From NCBI GenBank assembly GCA_963665295.1, contig OY762209.1:3968001-4032000 (forward strand): a stretch of DNA of 64,000 nt, in the 5' to 3' direction. Shown in pieces: positions 9,291-19,903 of the stretch. Made by a program: the position numbers and the translations under genes. This DNA is from Syntrophorhabdaceae bacterium. Lineage in GTDB: Bacteria > Desulfobacterota > Syntrophorhabdia > Syntrophorhabdales > Syntrophorhabdaceae. Below the pieces are notes generated by a model. The model made no database searches. It saw only the letters and a list, made by a program, of their open reading frames with translations, and was not told the origin of the DNA. Position 1 is the stretch's first letter. Every line of letters starts with the position of its first letter.

Positions 9291-9302
9291 ATTGTATACA
9301 AT
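9291..9302. promoter_or_regulatory. palindromic operator upstream of aor (FadR/GntR-type)
   Basis: Perfect palindrome ATTGTATACAAT. Confidence 0.5.
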
Positions 9303-9388
9303 CTTTTGATGCCATAAAGTAGTTTTCACTTGAAATAACAGGCTAATGTGCTATTACTATCTATAGATAACAATACGGGAGGTGCCAT

Positions 9389-11125
9389 ATGGATACCATC
9401 CTTAGAATTGACATGGGAGCGGAAGGCGGTCCGAAAACCACACTCACCGCCCTCGGAAGCTACGCCGGGCTTGGCGGACGCGCCCTCACTTCCACCATCA
9501 TCTGCTCAGAGGTACCTCCCACGTGTCACCCTCTGAGTGACGCCAACAAACTGGTAATAGCCCCCGGACTCCTGAGCGGCACTATCGCCGCCATGTCCGG
9601 TCGTCTTTCCGTGGGCTGCAAAAGCCCTCTTACCGGTGGGATCAAGGAGTCGAACGCCGGCGGACAAGCCGCCCAGGTTCTCGCCCGCTTGGGGTATGCC
9701 GCCGTCGTGCTGGAAGGTATGCCGCCCGGTGATGACCTTTATAAGATCTTCATTAACAAGGACGGTATTACGATCTCCGTAGATAACGACCTTAAGATGC
9801 GGGGAAACTACGATACCGTGGACAGAATGAAAAAAGAGTATGGCCACAAGATCGCCTGTATTTCCATAGGACAGGCAGGCGAGATGAAACTGTGCGCTGC
9901 CTCCATAGCCTGCACGGATATGGAGTTGAGACCTACGAGACATGCGGGTCGGGGCGGAGTGGGCGCGGTTATGGGTTCAAAAAGGGTTAAGGTGATCGTT
10001 CTCGACAATACCGGCACTACCATGCGGCCCCCGAAGGACCCGGACAGGTTCAGGGAGGCAAATAAGGCTTTTGTGGATGGTTTGCGGAAACATCCCGTCA
10101 CGGGCGAAGCTCTGCCTGCTTACGGCACCAATGTGCTCACGAATATTTTGAACGAAGCGGGCGGCTATCCGACCTATAACTTCAAACAGGGCACATTCCC
10201 CGGCGCCGCCGGGATAAGCGGAGAGACCCTCGCGGCCGTGGAGACCGAGCGGGGAGGACCCGCCACCCACGGGTGCCACCGGGGGTGCGTGATCCGGTGT
10301 TCGGGTACGTACCACGATAAGGACGGTCACTACGTGAGCAAGCAGCCGGAGTACGAGACCGTGTGGGCCCATGGCGCCCATTGCGGGATCGATGATCTTG
10401 ACAAGATCGCCATGATGGATTTCCTCGATGACGATACAGGACTCGACACGATAGAGATGGGGGTCACCATCGGCGTCGCCATGGATGCGGGACTTATAAA
10501 GTTCGGCGACGCCGAGGCGGCGGTGGGCCTGATAAAGCAGGTGGGTCAGGGCACTCCCCTCGGCCGTGTCATCGGAAGCGGCGCTGCGGTTACAGGAAGG
10601 GTTTTCGGAGTGGAGAGAGTTCCCGTGGTCAAGGGCCAGGCCTTTCCCGCCTATGACCCCAGGGCCGTTCAGGGAATAGGGGTGACCTATGCCACAAGCC
10701 CCATGGGGGCCGACCACACGGCAGGCTATGCGGTTGCCACGAATATCCTCAAGGTAGGCGGATTTGTCGATCCGCTGCAACCCGCGGGGCAGGTAGAATT
10801 GTCGAGAAACCTTCAGATCGCCACTGCCGCCATAGATTCAACGGGGATGTGCCTCTTTATAGCCTTCGCCGTTCTCGACCAACCGGAGACTTTCCAGGCC
10901 CTTCTTGACATGCTCAATGCGTTCCACGGACTCAACCTGACCGGCGACGACGTGTCGGAACTGGGCAGAAAGATCCTTACTATGGAAAGAGAATTCAATG
11001 TCAGGGCCGGATTCACAAAGGAGCACGACAGGCTTCCGCTCTATTTCAAAACCCAGCCCGTCGCTCCCCACAACGTGACATTCCAGGTAAGTGATGAAGA
11101 TCTTGACAGAGTCTTCAACTGGTGA
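9389..11125 (+). CDS. aor: aldehyde:ferredoxin oxidoreductase (tungstopterin AOR family)
   Basis: KSPLTGGIKESNAGG, AGRGGVGAVMGSKRVK, CHRGCVIRC, PEYET, GLDTIE, AYDPR, MGADH and DSTGMCLF. Confidence 0.93.
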   Translation: MDTILRIDMGAEGGPKTTLTALGSYAGLGGRALTSTIICSEVPPTCHPLSDANKLVIAPGLLSGTIAAMSGRLSVGCKSPLTGGIKESNAGGQAAQVLARLGYAAVVLEGMPPGDDLYKIFINKDGITISVDNDLKMRGNYDTVDRMKKEYGHKIACISIGQAGEMKLCAASIACTDMELRPTRHAGRGGVGAVMGSKRVKVIVLDNTGTTMRPPKDPDRFREANKAFVDGLRKHPVTGEALPAYGTNVLTNILNEAGGYPTYNFKQGTFPGAAGISGETLAAVETERGGPATHGCHRGCVIRCSGTYHDKDGHYVSKQPEYETVWAHGAHCGIDDLDKIAMMDFLDDDTGLDTIEMGVTIGVAMDAGLIKFGDAEAAVGLIKQVGQGTPLGRVIGSGAAVTGRVFGVERVPVVKGQAFPAYDPRAVQGIGVTYATSPMGADHTAGYAVATNILKVGGFVDPLQPAGQVELSRNLQIATAAIDSTGMCLFIAFAVLDQPETFQALLDMLNAFHGLNLTGDDVSELGRKILTMEREFNVRAGFTKEHDRLPLYFKTQPVAPHNVTFQVSDEDLDRVFNW

Positions 11126-11196
11126 CAGACTGCCGCAGCGACACCCGGGGGAGGCCGAAAGACCTTTCCCCCTCCTTGCCGCTTCTTGATACGGAT

Positions 11197-11856
11197 ATGG
11201 CCGGACAGTCCATCTCCCGCGAGACGACTGAAGACGAAGAGAACATTACTACCTTCGTCCTTCCGGAGAACCTTGTCTGTCGTTTACACCCGCTCCTTCA
11301 GGCCGGTTTCTATGTAAAGGTGACGTTGGGAGTGAGCATAGAGGAGCTTCTCTCCGTTCAGTTCGGGTTCGACGAGGGATATATAAGCGGCCGGATCACC
11401 ATCGTGTTTCTCGATCACCGGCCCGTGGATGATATCGGCTCCGCAATTATCGCGGAAGGGTCGTCGATAGGTCTTTCCGCAGCCATGCCCGGACTGGTCG
11501 GCGCCGCCATGAGGCGTCACGGTTTTTACGCAGGCCTGAGGAACAGCATAGCCTATGGGGGAAAGGGGTGTGACCGCACGGAAAAGGAAGGCATGGTCCG
11601 GATAAAACTCTTCAACCTCCTTATACCGGAACTGGGCCCTTTCTTCCTGAACAAAGGCATTTACGTGGCCTCCGACGAATGGAGTGCTTTTCTCTCCCGC
11701 GAGCCCGATTATTTCTTTGAAGAGTTGAAGAAGTTACTTCCCGAAGATGAACCAATACCACTGTCAGCCCTCAGGAAGGCGGCCCGGGAGGTGCGGAGTA
11801 AGTGGGTACGCCTTGCGGTTGCCAAGGCCGCCGGGGGTTTGTCGGGACTTCCATAA
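11197..11856 (+). CDS. hypothetical protein between aor and moaD
   Basis: Intact ORF in operon position; central segment resembles a beta-grasp fold; start is 11122 or 11197. Confidence 0.6.
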   Translation: MAGQSISRETTEDEENITTFVLPENLVCRLHPLLQAGFYVKVTLGVSIEELLSVQFGFDEGYISGRITIVFLDHRPVDDIGSAIIAEGSSIGLSAAMPGLVGAAMRRHGFYAGLRNSIAYGGKGCDRTEKEGMVRIKLFNLLIPELGPFFLNKGIYVASDEWSAFLSREPDYFFEELKKLLPEDEPIPLSALRKAAREVRSKWVRLAVAKAAGGLSGLP

Positions 11857-11869
11857 TCCGGAGGGAGAC

Positions 11870-12094
11870 GTGCGCGTTACCATAAAGCTTTTCGCAACCT
11901 TAAGGCAAGGCATGTTTGACGAGGCAATACGGGACGTGCCGGAAGGGACCACCATCGGTGAGCTTATAGACGGACTCAATCTCGCCGAAGGACACGTGAC
12001 ACTCGTCTTTCTCAACGGACGCCACTCCGGCACCGGCGCTTCCCTGAGCGATGGAGATGTGGTGAGCCTCTTCCCGCCCATAGGGGGCGGATAA
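11870..12094 (+). CDS. moaD: MoaD/ThiS-family sulfur carrier
   Basis: GTG start after GGAGGG; VTIKLFATLR...LNGR...LSDGDVVSLFPPIGGG with C-terminal GG. Confidence 0.85.
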   Translation: MRVTIKLFATLRQGMFDEAIRDVPEGTTIGELIDGLNLAEGHVTLVFLNGRHSGTGASLSDGDVVSLFPPIGGG

Positions 12095-12169
12095 AAACGG
12101 GCCTCCCACTTCCGGCCAAAAAGTCGCGTGTGTTGCGAGAGGTGCATCCCAGGCTGCTGCTTCCGCTTC

Positions 12170-12198
12170 TTGGAATTGCGCCCATTTTCGGTTATACT
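12170..12198 (+). promoter_or_regulatory. sigma70 promoter abutting the HAD gene start (leaderless geometry)
   Basis: TTGGAA-N17-TATACT-N6-GTG. Confidence 0.55.
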
Positions 12199-12204
12199 TC
12201 ATCC

Positions 12205-12852
12205 GTGGCCATAGGACTGATAATTTTTGACCTCGACGGTACCTTGATCGACTCCATAGGGGACATTACACACGCGGTAAACCATGCCTTTCATCCCTGC
12301 GGTATTACCACCCTCCTTCCCGGAGAGGTGGCGGGTATGATCGGCGAGGGCGCTCACAGGCTGATCGAGCGCATCATGGAAAAGTACGATCTCAACGAAG
12401 ACCGGGACTATCTCGTGGAGCGCTATATCCGCCATTACTCCGCCCACCTCACCGATAATACCACCCTCTACCCTCATGCGAAAAAAATGCTCGATGAGCT
12501 GGCCCTGTACAAGAAAGCCCTGCTGTCCAACAAGACCGAGACCCTCGCAAGGAGGATTCTCGACGCCTTCAGCCTGTCCCCATACTTTGACATGGTAGTG
12601 GGTCCGGATACCCTCCCCCACCGGAAGCCGTCACCTCTCCCCATTCTCCATGTCCTTTCCGCCCTTGATATGCCGCCCGGGAAAGCGATCATGGTCGGCG
12701 ACAGTGAAATCGATATCATGGCCGGGAAAGCATCTTCAATAAAAACGGTTGCCGTTACCCACGGCTACGGCAGACAGGGTTTCGAGGCCGAGGCGGATTT
12801 CGTTATCCACGACCTCCGCCGCCTCCCGGATGTGGTAAAAAGTATTCCCTGA
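12205..12852 (+). CDS. HAD-IA hydrolase, phosphoglycolate phosphatase-like
   Basis: FDLDGTLIDS, SNK, KPSP and MVGDSEIDI. Confidence 0.85.
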   Translation: MAIGLIIFDLDGTLIDSIGDITHAVNHAFHPCGITTLLPGEVAGMIGEGAHRLIERIMEKYDLNEDRDYLVERYIRHYSAHLTDNTTLYPHAKKMLDELALYKKALLSNKTETLARRILDAFSLSPYFDMVVGPDTLPHRKPSPLPILHVLSALDMPPGKAIMVGDSEIDIMAGKASSIKTVAVTHGYGRQGFEAEADFVIHDLRRLPDVVKSIP

Positions 12853-12881
12853 CAGACTGGGCCGGTTCGGATGATCCTGTT

Positions 12882-13388
12882 TTACGCTCCCGACCCGGCG
12901 GCAAGCTCCGCAAGGATCTCCTTCATGTGGGCGATGTGAAAGTCGAGGTGATGCTCGGTCATGGCGCGAACAAAGGCTGCAACAGTGGGGTACTCCCCTA
13001 CCGGCGTCTCTTTGAACAAAGGAACATGCGCCTTCCGGGCAAGCTGGTCCTCCGACAGTCCGTCCACAAGGTCCGCGAGCTTTTCATATTCCTTGTTTGC
13101 AGTGGAAAGAAGTTCCCTCAGGGTCATCGACGCCCGTCTGCCCGTAAAGAACGGATTTGCTACCTCGAAATCGAGCGTGGGCGTATCCTGTTTCAGGATC
13201 GTCTCCACCATGGGGATAAGCCCTGCTCCATCGGGACCTGAAATGTGCGAAAGAATCTCTTTCGGGGACCAGCGCCCCGGGGGATTGGTGGAAGCGACCT
13301 TCTCATCAAGCCCTTCACAGAGTCTGTTCAGTTCGGCGATTCTTTGACGTATAATTCCCGATAATTCCATGCCTTCCCGCGTTCCCAT
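12882..13388 (-). CDS. DinB/YfiT-superfamily protein
   Basis: WSPKEILSH and C-terminal HLDFH metal-ligand pattern; AGGAGG RBS. Confidence 0.75.
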   Translation of the reverse strand: MGTREGMELSGIIRQRIAELNRLCEGLDEKVASTNPPGRWSPKEILSHISGPDGAGLIPMVETILKQDTPTLDFEVANPFFTGRRASMTLRELLSTANKEYEKLADLVDGLSEDQLARKAHVPLFKETPVGEYPTVAAFVRAMTEHHLDFHIAHMKEILAELAAGSGA

Positions 13389-13501
13389 AATTGCACTCCT
13401 CCCTTTTCTGGACTTGAGGCATTACGACGGCCACGCGCCTCACATCAAATATATGGCTTGACCGACGACAAATAAGGGGGGGGGTACTGGGGGCTCCGGG
13501 T

Positions 13502-16500
13502 CTACCCGAGAAGGAAATTGAAATCATCGCGGGTTATGGAACTTCCCGCACTCTTTTCCGGACTGTCCATGAGGGCCCTGTAGAGACTCTGCTTTCTCTC
13601 CTTGAGGGCCATCATCTTTTCCTCAACCGTGTGCCTCATGAGGAGCCTCGTCACAATCACCTTATTCTTCTGACCTATCCTGTGAGACCGGTCGGAGGCC
13701 TGGTTTTCCACCGCGGGGTTCCACCAGGGGTCGAGATGAAACACATAGGTTGCCCGGGTAAGATTGAGTCCCTGCCCGCCCGCCTTCAGACTCAGGAGAA
13801 ACACGGAGGGGCCTTCACACCCCTGAAAGCCTTCGACTATCTCTTTCCTTTTCAGCATCGGCGTGGAGCCGTCCAGCCTGAAGATCCGGAAATGCTTGGC
13901 GCGCAACTCTTCTTCAACAACATCGAGAAACGATGTGAACTGTGAAAACACAAGAGAACTGTGAGATTCGCTGCACAATTCATCCAGCTTTTCTCTCAGG
14001 AATTCTACCTTGGGAGATATCTCTTTTTGCGCGGGCACAAGGAGTTCCGGCGTAAGGCATATCTGTCTCAACTTCATGATGGCCGTAAGGGCGACTATGC
14101 GCGCCTGGGACGCAGCCTTGCTGCCATAGGCATTATCAATGGTGGATCTCACCTCTTCCACCGTCTTGTTGTAGAATCTCTTCTGTTTCTCGGTGAGGTC
14201 GAGGTATACATCGCGCTCAACCTTGGGTGGCAACTCCTTCATGATCCTTTCTTTTGTCCTGCGCAGCAGGAAAGGTCTCGTACGTTCGGTGACGGCAGAA
14301 AGAAAGGACGTCATGTCCTGCTTCGCCCGTCCCTGAAACTCCTTATAGTCACCCAGCAAGCCGGGGAGCACGAGGTCCATGATGGAAAAATATTCACCGA
14401 TATGATTCTCAACCGGGGTTCCCGTAAGGGCCACTTTGAAAAGTCCCTTCAGTTGCCTCACGGCGCCCGTGGTCCCCGCAAAGATGTTCTTTATCGTCTG
14501 TGCCTCGTCAAAGATGATCACGTTGAACCGTATGTCCTTCAGTCTCGCGATGTCTCTCCGGACAAGGCCGTAACTCGTGAGCACCACATCGTATCCCTTG
14601 AGGTTCGTGGAGCGGTCCCTTCCCCGGTATACATAGACTTTCAGGCCCGGGCAGAACCGTTCGATCTCCTGTTCCCAGTTAAACACAAGGCTCGGCGGAA
14701 GGACAATCAGGGATGGCGCGGAAGCGGCCGCCGTACGGGTCACCTTTCCCTCCCTGATCGCGGCGAGGAGCGTGAGGGCCTGGATTGTTTTTCCGAGTCC
14801 CATATCGTCTGCCAGACACGCTCCGAAACGGTTCTCGTAAAGGAAAGCAAGCCAGCGATACCCCTCTTGCTGATATCGTCTGAGGTCCCCCTTCAGCCCT
14901 TCAGGGAGCGCCTTTTCTTCGATCCTCTCGAAGCTGGTCAGACGTTCCATAACCGCTTCGTCCTCCGGGGCAAGATGCACTGTAATACCACGCTTCCTGA
15001 GAGAAAGAAACTCAATAATCCTCAGGCGGGGAACCATCACGATCTCACCCGGGACGGCTTTCCCGCGCTTTGAGAGGCCATCGCCGAGAAGGGCAATGGC
15101 CGAGAGAGTCTCCATAACCTTCTCATCAAGGACCTGCATGGTCCCGTCACGATGGAACACCCCTTTCTTCCGGAGGGCCTGTTCCCATAGCCCCCTGTCT
15201 ATCGTCTGACCGTTGCACCGTATCTCCGGCCGTATCTCGAACCAGTCTATGGACCCTTCCCTCGCGTCGAGCTCAAACTCCCATACGGCAGGCTCAACAG
15301 CGTGACCATCGAGAAGGACTTCGATGCCTTCCTCCCGGGCAAGGGTGTTCAGGGCATGGAGACTTCCCAGAAGCTCCTCCTCGCCCACTACCATGGTGGA
15401 ATCGTCGAGAATGACCTTCTCAAAAAGCCTCGGTCCGAAGACCCGGTAGGGGACTGAAAAAAGGAGGAGTTCTCTTTCCCGGTCCGCTGTGGTAAACTGC
15501 CACTTCTTTCCGGTAAACTGAAGCCGCATCTCCTCCACCTTCGATTCAGCGACGGACTCCCGGATCAGCCTACGGGCCAATGTCGCAAATCGTGACTTTC
15601 CGAAGCTGCGCTCGTTGATGGCTTTTTTCAGCGCCTCATCAAGGATTTTGCGGTTCTTCTTCAACGCAAAGGCTTGAAAGAACATGTCGTAGAGAATGGG
15701 CTTCCTTTTCCTGGTGCGAATGGATACGGGTACATGTCCCCACTCCACGGCTCTCACAAGAGTCAGCACCCTTCTCGACGGCGCGAAGGTGCAGTCCTCC
15801 GTCATACATTCAGGCGTTATGACATATTCCTCCCCGCCACTATGACGTCTCGCGATGGAGATCCTGTAGACCGATGCCTCGACCACAGGGGGCGTCATGT
15901 CTTTGCCGTTCGTCTTGAAGGTCACCGAGGGGATTGTCTGCCCGTCCACAGGTTTCTCGAAAGAAAGTTCGAAACCCGTGAAAACCTCCTTCGGGATGAC
16001 GAGGGTCGAACTCCCCTTTTCTCTCACACCTGCGGCGATGTGGGGCCCCCTGAGACAGGCATCCCGTATCACGTTCCACGGCTCCCACCCCTGGCGCTCC
16101 CTCACGTAGCACATCCGGGTCCGTTCCACATCAAAGGCGAAATTGCCGAGAAGGGTGGCGGGGACAGGGTCGTCCGCCATGGAACATCCCTTCTTCACGA
16201 AAACCTCCTCTTTCGACGTATCGAATTCAGTCCACGTATTGCAGGGGACATCGCCACCCCAGTCGATCCTGTGGGAGCGCCTTCCTTCCCTCAACACAAC
16301 CGTGTACTCGTGGCCCCATTTCCGCAAAAATATCGACAGGGGAACCGATACGTCTTCCCTTCCCGAGAATCCGGCGAGGTATGCGAGGCCGGCGGGCAGC
16401 GATTGCGCGTCGACCGGCGCTTCAATCCGCATCCCCTGACTCTCCACGTATGCCTTGAGCCTGCCTTTGACCTCTTCGATAACTACCTGAAAATTTGGTG

Positions 16501-17002
16501 CATGTCCCGTACCCATCGCCCTGAGGTAGGTTTCTCTCGACCGTCGCCGCGGTGCAAGAAAGACTACGTTGCTATGAGAAGGAAGTGCGACCCTTTCCTC
16601 CGAAGAGTTCTTCCACAACCCCGCGAGAAGGCGATCCCTGAGCCCGGGATTCTCCGCGGCCATTCTGAACAGATGCGGTCTGAGAAGGTGGATAACCGTG
16701 AGGAGGGCGCATATCACATGCTCGCATTTATCATCGGAAAGAGAGGTCTCACACATACAACGGGAAATGACATCGGGTCCGTCGAGGAAAATGAGAACGG
16801 GAATAGGTTTCCCGTCCAGCACAATGATCCTCAGTCCCCCCTTCTCCCTGTCCCAGGCAATGTCATCCACGTGCCAACCCGTGTAGAGGCGAAACCCCTT
16901 GACCACCGTCTTCTTTTCAGCGTGATGATACACGCTGTTTGGAGGAAGGGCTATCAGGGCATCGATAAGAAGCTTTTCACGACCGGTTAGTGACATGGGC
17001 AA
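13502..17002 (-). CDS. SWIM zinc finger / SNF2-family helicase-like ATPase
   Basis: CMC...CEH SWIM motif; LADDMGLGKT, DEAQ, LTGTPVEN, LRRTKE, SLKAGGQGLNL and QASDRSHRIGQ. Confidence 0.92.
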   Translation of the reverse strand: MPMSLTGREKLLIDALIALPPNSVYHHAEKKTVVKGFRLYTGWHVDDIAWDREKGGLRIIVLDGKPIPVLIFLDGPDVISRCMCETSLSDDKCEHVICALLTVIHLLRPHLFRMAAENPGLRDRLLAGLWKNSSEERVALPSHSNVVFLAPRRRSRETYLRAMGTGHAPNFQVVIEEVKGRLKAYVESQGMRIEAPVDAQSLPAGLAYLAGFSGREDVSVPLSIFLRKWGHEYTVVLREGRRSHRIDWGGDVPCNTWTEFDTSKEEVFVKKGCSMADDPVPATLLGNFAFDVERTRMCYVRERQGWEPWNVIRDACLRGPHIAAGVREKGSSTLVIPKEVFTGFELSFEKPVDGQTIPSVTFKTNGKDMTPPVVEASVYRISIARRHSGGEEYVITPECMTEDCTFAPSRRVLTLVRAVEWGHVPVSIRTRKRKPILYDMFFQAFALKKNRKILDEALKKAINERSFGKSRFATLARRLIRESVAESKVEEMRLQFTGKKWQFTTADRERELLLFSVPYRVFGPRLFEKVILDDSTMVVGEEELLGSLHALNTLAREEGIEVLLDGHAVEPAVWEFELDAREGSIDWFEIRPEIRCNGQTIDRGLWEQALRKKGVFHRDGTMQVLDEKVMETLSAIALLGDGLSKRGKAVPGEIVMVPRLRIIEFLSLRKRGITVHLAPEDEAVMERLTSFERIEEKALPEGLKGDLRRYQQEGYRWLAFLYENRFGACLADDMGLGKTIQALTLLAAIREGKVTRTAAASAPSLIVLPPSLVFNWEQEIERFCPGLKVYVYRGRDRSTNLKGYDVVLTSYGLVRRDIARLKDIRFNVIIFDEAQTIKNIFAGTTGAVRQLKGLFKVALTGTPVENHIGEYFSIMDLVLPGLLGDYKEFQGRAKQDMTSFLSAVTERTRPFLLRRTKERIMKELPPKVERDVYLDLTEKQKRFYNKTVEEVRSTIDNAYGSKAASQARIVALTAIMKLRQICLTPELLVPAQKEISPKVEFLREKLDELCSESHSSLVFSQFTSFLDVVEEELRAKHFRIFRLDGSTPMLKRKEIVEGFQGCEGPSVFLLSLKAGGQGLNLTRATYVFHLDPWWNPAVENQASDRSHRIGQKNKVIVTRLLMRHTVEEKMMALKERKQSLYRALMDSPEKSAGSSITRDDFNFLLG

Positions 17003-17143
17003 GTTATGGGACAGACAGTTATGTACAACACGTTATATGTAACACATCGGCCCGGCGCATTGCAACTGTCGGGGCCTGGGTCGTCACGCCACAGCTCTGG
17101 ATTCCGGCAGGAAAATGAGATAAGATCTTTTTCGTGACGAGCC

Positions 17144-18709
17144 ATGACTGACCGCAGAATATCCCGTGAGATAAAAGAACTCTCCCTTCTTTTTGAGATC
17201 AGCAAGAAACTGAGTGAGACTCTCGACCTCGAGAGAGTGCTGAAGCCGATTCTCCAGATGATGGCGGAACATATGGAGATGCTCAGGGGAACTCTTACGA
17301 TCCTCAACAGAAAGAGGGGGGAGATCATTATCGAAGAGGCGTACGGCCTCCGGCCCGAAGAACAGGCCAAGGGCAAATATCGCATGGGAGAAGGTATTAC
17401 CGGAAAGGTGATCGACACGGGACAGCCCGCAATTATCCCAAGAATCTCTGATGAACCTCTTTTCCTCGACAGGACCGGTTCCAGGAAAGACCTGAACAAG
17501 AAAGATATCACATTCATCTGCGTTCCCATCAAGATCGGAAGTGAAGTGATAGGCGCCCTTTCCGTCGATCGGCTCTTTAGCGAGAAGATATCTTTCAAAG
17601 AGGATGTTCGACTTCTCACCATCATTGCGTCCACGATCTCCCAGGCGGTGTGGCTCCGTCAGCTCGCGCAGGAGGAACTTGAAAAGGTCCGGGAGGAGAA
17701 CCAGCGTCTCCAGGATGAACTGAAGACCAGGTACAGGCCGAAAGCGATAGTCGGCAACTCCAAGGTGATGCTGAATGTCTACGCCATGATCGACAAGGTG
17801 TGCCGTGCGAACACCACGGTCCTCATTCTCGGCGAGAGCGGCGTCGGCAAGGAAAGAGTGGCCCACGCCATACATTATAATTCGAGCCGGTCTGATAAAC
17901 CATTCGTAAAGATCAATTGCGCCGCCCTGCCGGAATCCCTCATAGAAAGCGAACTTTTCGGCCACGAAAAGGGGTCTTTCACAGGCGCTACCGCTGCCCG
18001 GAAAGGACGGTTCGAGATGGCCGACAAGGGAACGATCTTTCTCGACGAGATCGGAGACCTTCCCCTCTCAGTCCAGACGAAGCTTTTGAGGGTGCTTCAG
18101 GAGAAGGAGTTTGAGCGGGTAGGCGGGAACGCGACGATAAAGGTCAATGTCCGGATCATAACCGCGACAAACAGGAACCTGGACGCCCTCATGAAGGAAG
18201 GGAAGTTCAGAGAAGATCTCTATTACCGTCTGAATATCTTCCCTGTCCTCGTCCCTCCCCTCCGGGAAAGAAAGACGGACATAATGCTGCTTACCGACCA
18301 TTTTATCGAAAAATACAGCAAGGAACATGATAAACAGATCACCCGCATATCGATTCCGGCCACTGATATGCTCATGAATTACCACTGGCCCGGTAACGTG
18401 CGCGAACTGGAGAATTGTATAGAACGGGCGATAATTCTGTGTACCGACGGCGTAATCCAAAGCTATCACCTTCCCCCTAACCTTCAAGGGGCTGAAGCGC
18501 CGGGACACCACGAAAAAGGCGGGACTTTCAAGGAGACCGTCATCAACATGGAGCGTGAGATCATCATTGATGGGCTGAGACGATCTCGTGGTAATATGGC
18601 AAAAGCCGCGAGAGCCCTTGGAATCTCGGAAAGGATGATGGGTTTGAGGGTAGCAAAATACGCAATCGATCCGACCCTGTTCAAAACCCCGACACAGGTC
18701 CCCGAATAA
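17144..18709 (+). CDS. nifA: NifA/AnfA-type sigma54 enhancer-binding activator (GAF-AAA+-HTH)
   Basis: GAF domain, GESGVGKE, ESELFGHEKGSFTGA, FLDEIG, WPGNVRELEN and C-terminal HTH; directly upstream of nifH. Confidence 0.85.
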   Translation: MTDRRISREIKELSLLFEISKKLSETLDLERVLKPILQMMAEHMEMLRGTLTILNRKRGEIIIEEAYGLRPEEQAKGKYRMGEGITGKVIDTGQPAIIPRISDEPLFLDRTGSRKDLNKKDITFICVPIKIGSEVIGALSVDRLFSEKISFKEDVRLLTIIASTISQAVWLRQLAQEELEKVREENQRLQDELKTRYRPKAIVGNSKVMLNVYAMIDKVCRANTTVLILGESGVGKERVAHAIHYNSSRSDKPFVKINCAALPESLIESELFGHEKGSFTGATAARKGRFEMADKGTIFLDEIGDLPLSVQTKLLRVLQEKEFERVGGNATIKVNVRIITATNRNLDALMKEGKFREDLYYRLNIFPVLVPPLRERKTDIMLLTDHFIEKYSKEHDKQITRISIPATDMLMNYHWPGNVRELENCIERAIILCTDGVIQSYHLPPNLQGAEAPGHHEKGGTFKETVINMEREIIIDGLRRSRGNMAKAARALGISERMMGLRVAKYAIDPTLFKTPTQVPE

Positions 18710-18780
18710 TCATGCCCGGCCTGCTCAGCGGGATATCGTAGAGCGCGCGCATATGCCGCTTCCTAGAAGCCAGGGTATTT

Positions 18781-18826
18781 CCTACATTTATGTAGTTTTT
18801 GCCATGACCATCCTACGTTTGGGTAG
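18781..18826. promoter_or_regulatory. paired upstream activator sites for nifH
   Basis: CCTACATTTATGTAG and CCTACGTTTGGGTAG (CTAC-N6-GTAG), 31 bp apart, each followed by TTTT. Confidence 0.65.
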
Positions 18827-18942
18827 TTTTATTCACACTCCGCTCCTGTAGTCACAGATAGCTTCCTCTGATAAACGGGAACCTATATTGAGTGCATGTA
18901 GTTTATTTAATTACCTTTTCCAATCCTCCTGGATCCTCGTAA

Positions 18943-19842
<900 letters not shown>

Positions 19843-19903
19843 ACGCGCAAACCGCTGCCCCGGCTGTTTATGGCGGCTAAAACCGAACAAGGAGGAGCAG
19901 AAT

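Noticed and set aside
13961..16990. 370-aa and 438-aa plus-strand ORFs
   Set aside because: Antisense shadows of the SNF2 helicase
17078..17143. Stem GGGTCGTCACG / CGTGACGAGCC sequestering the nifA start
   Set aside because: A likely -10 (TAAGAT at 17121) lies between the arms, so the 5' arm is probably not in the mRNA
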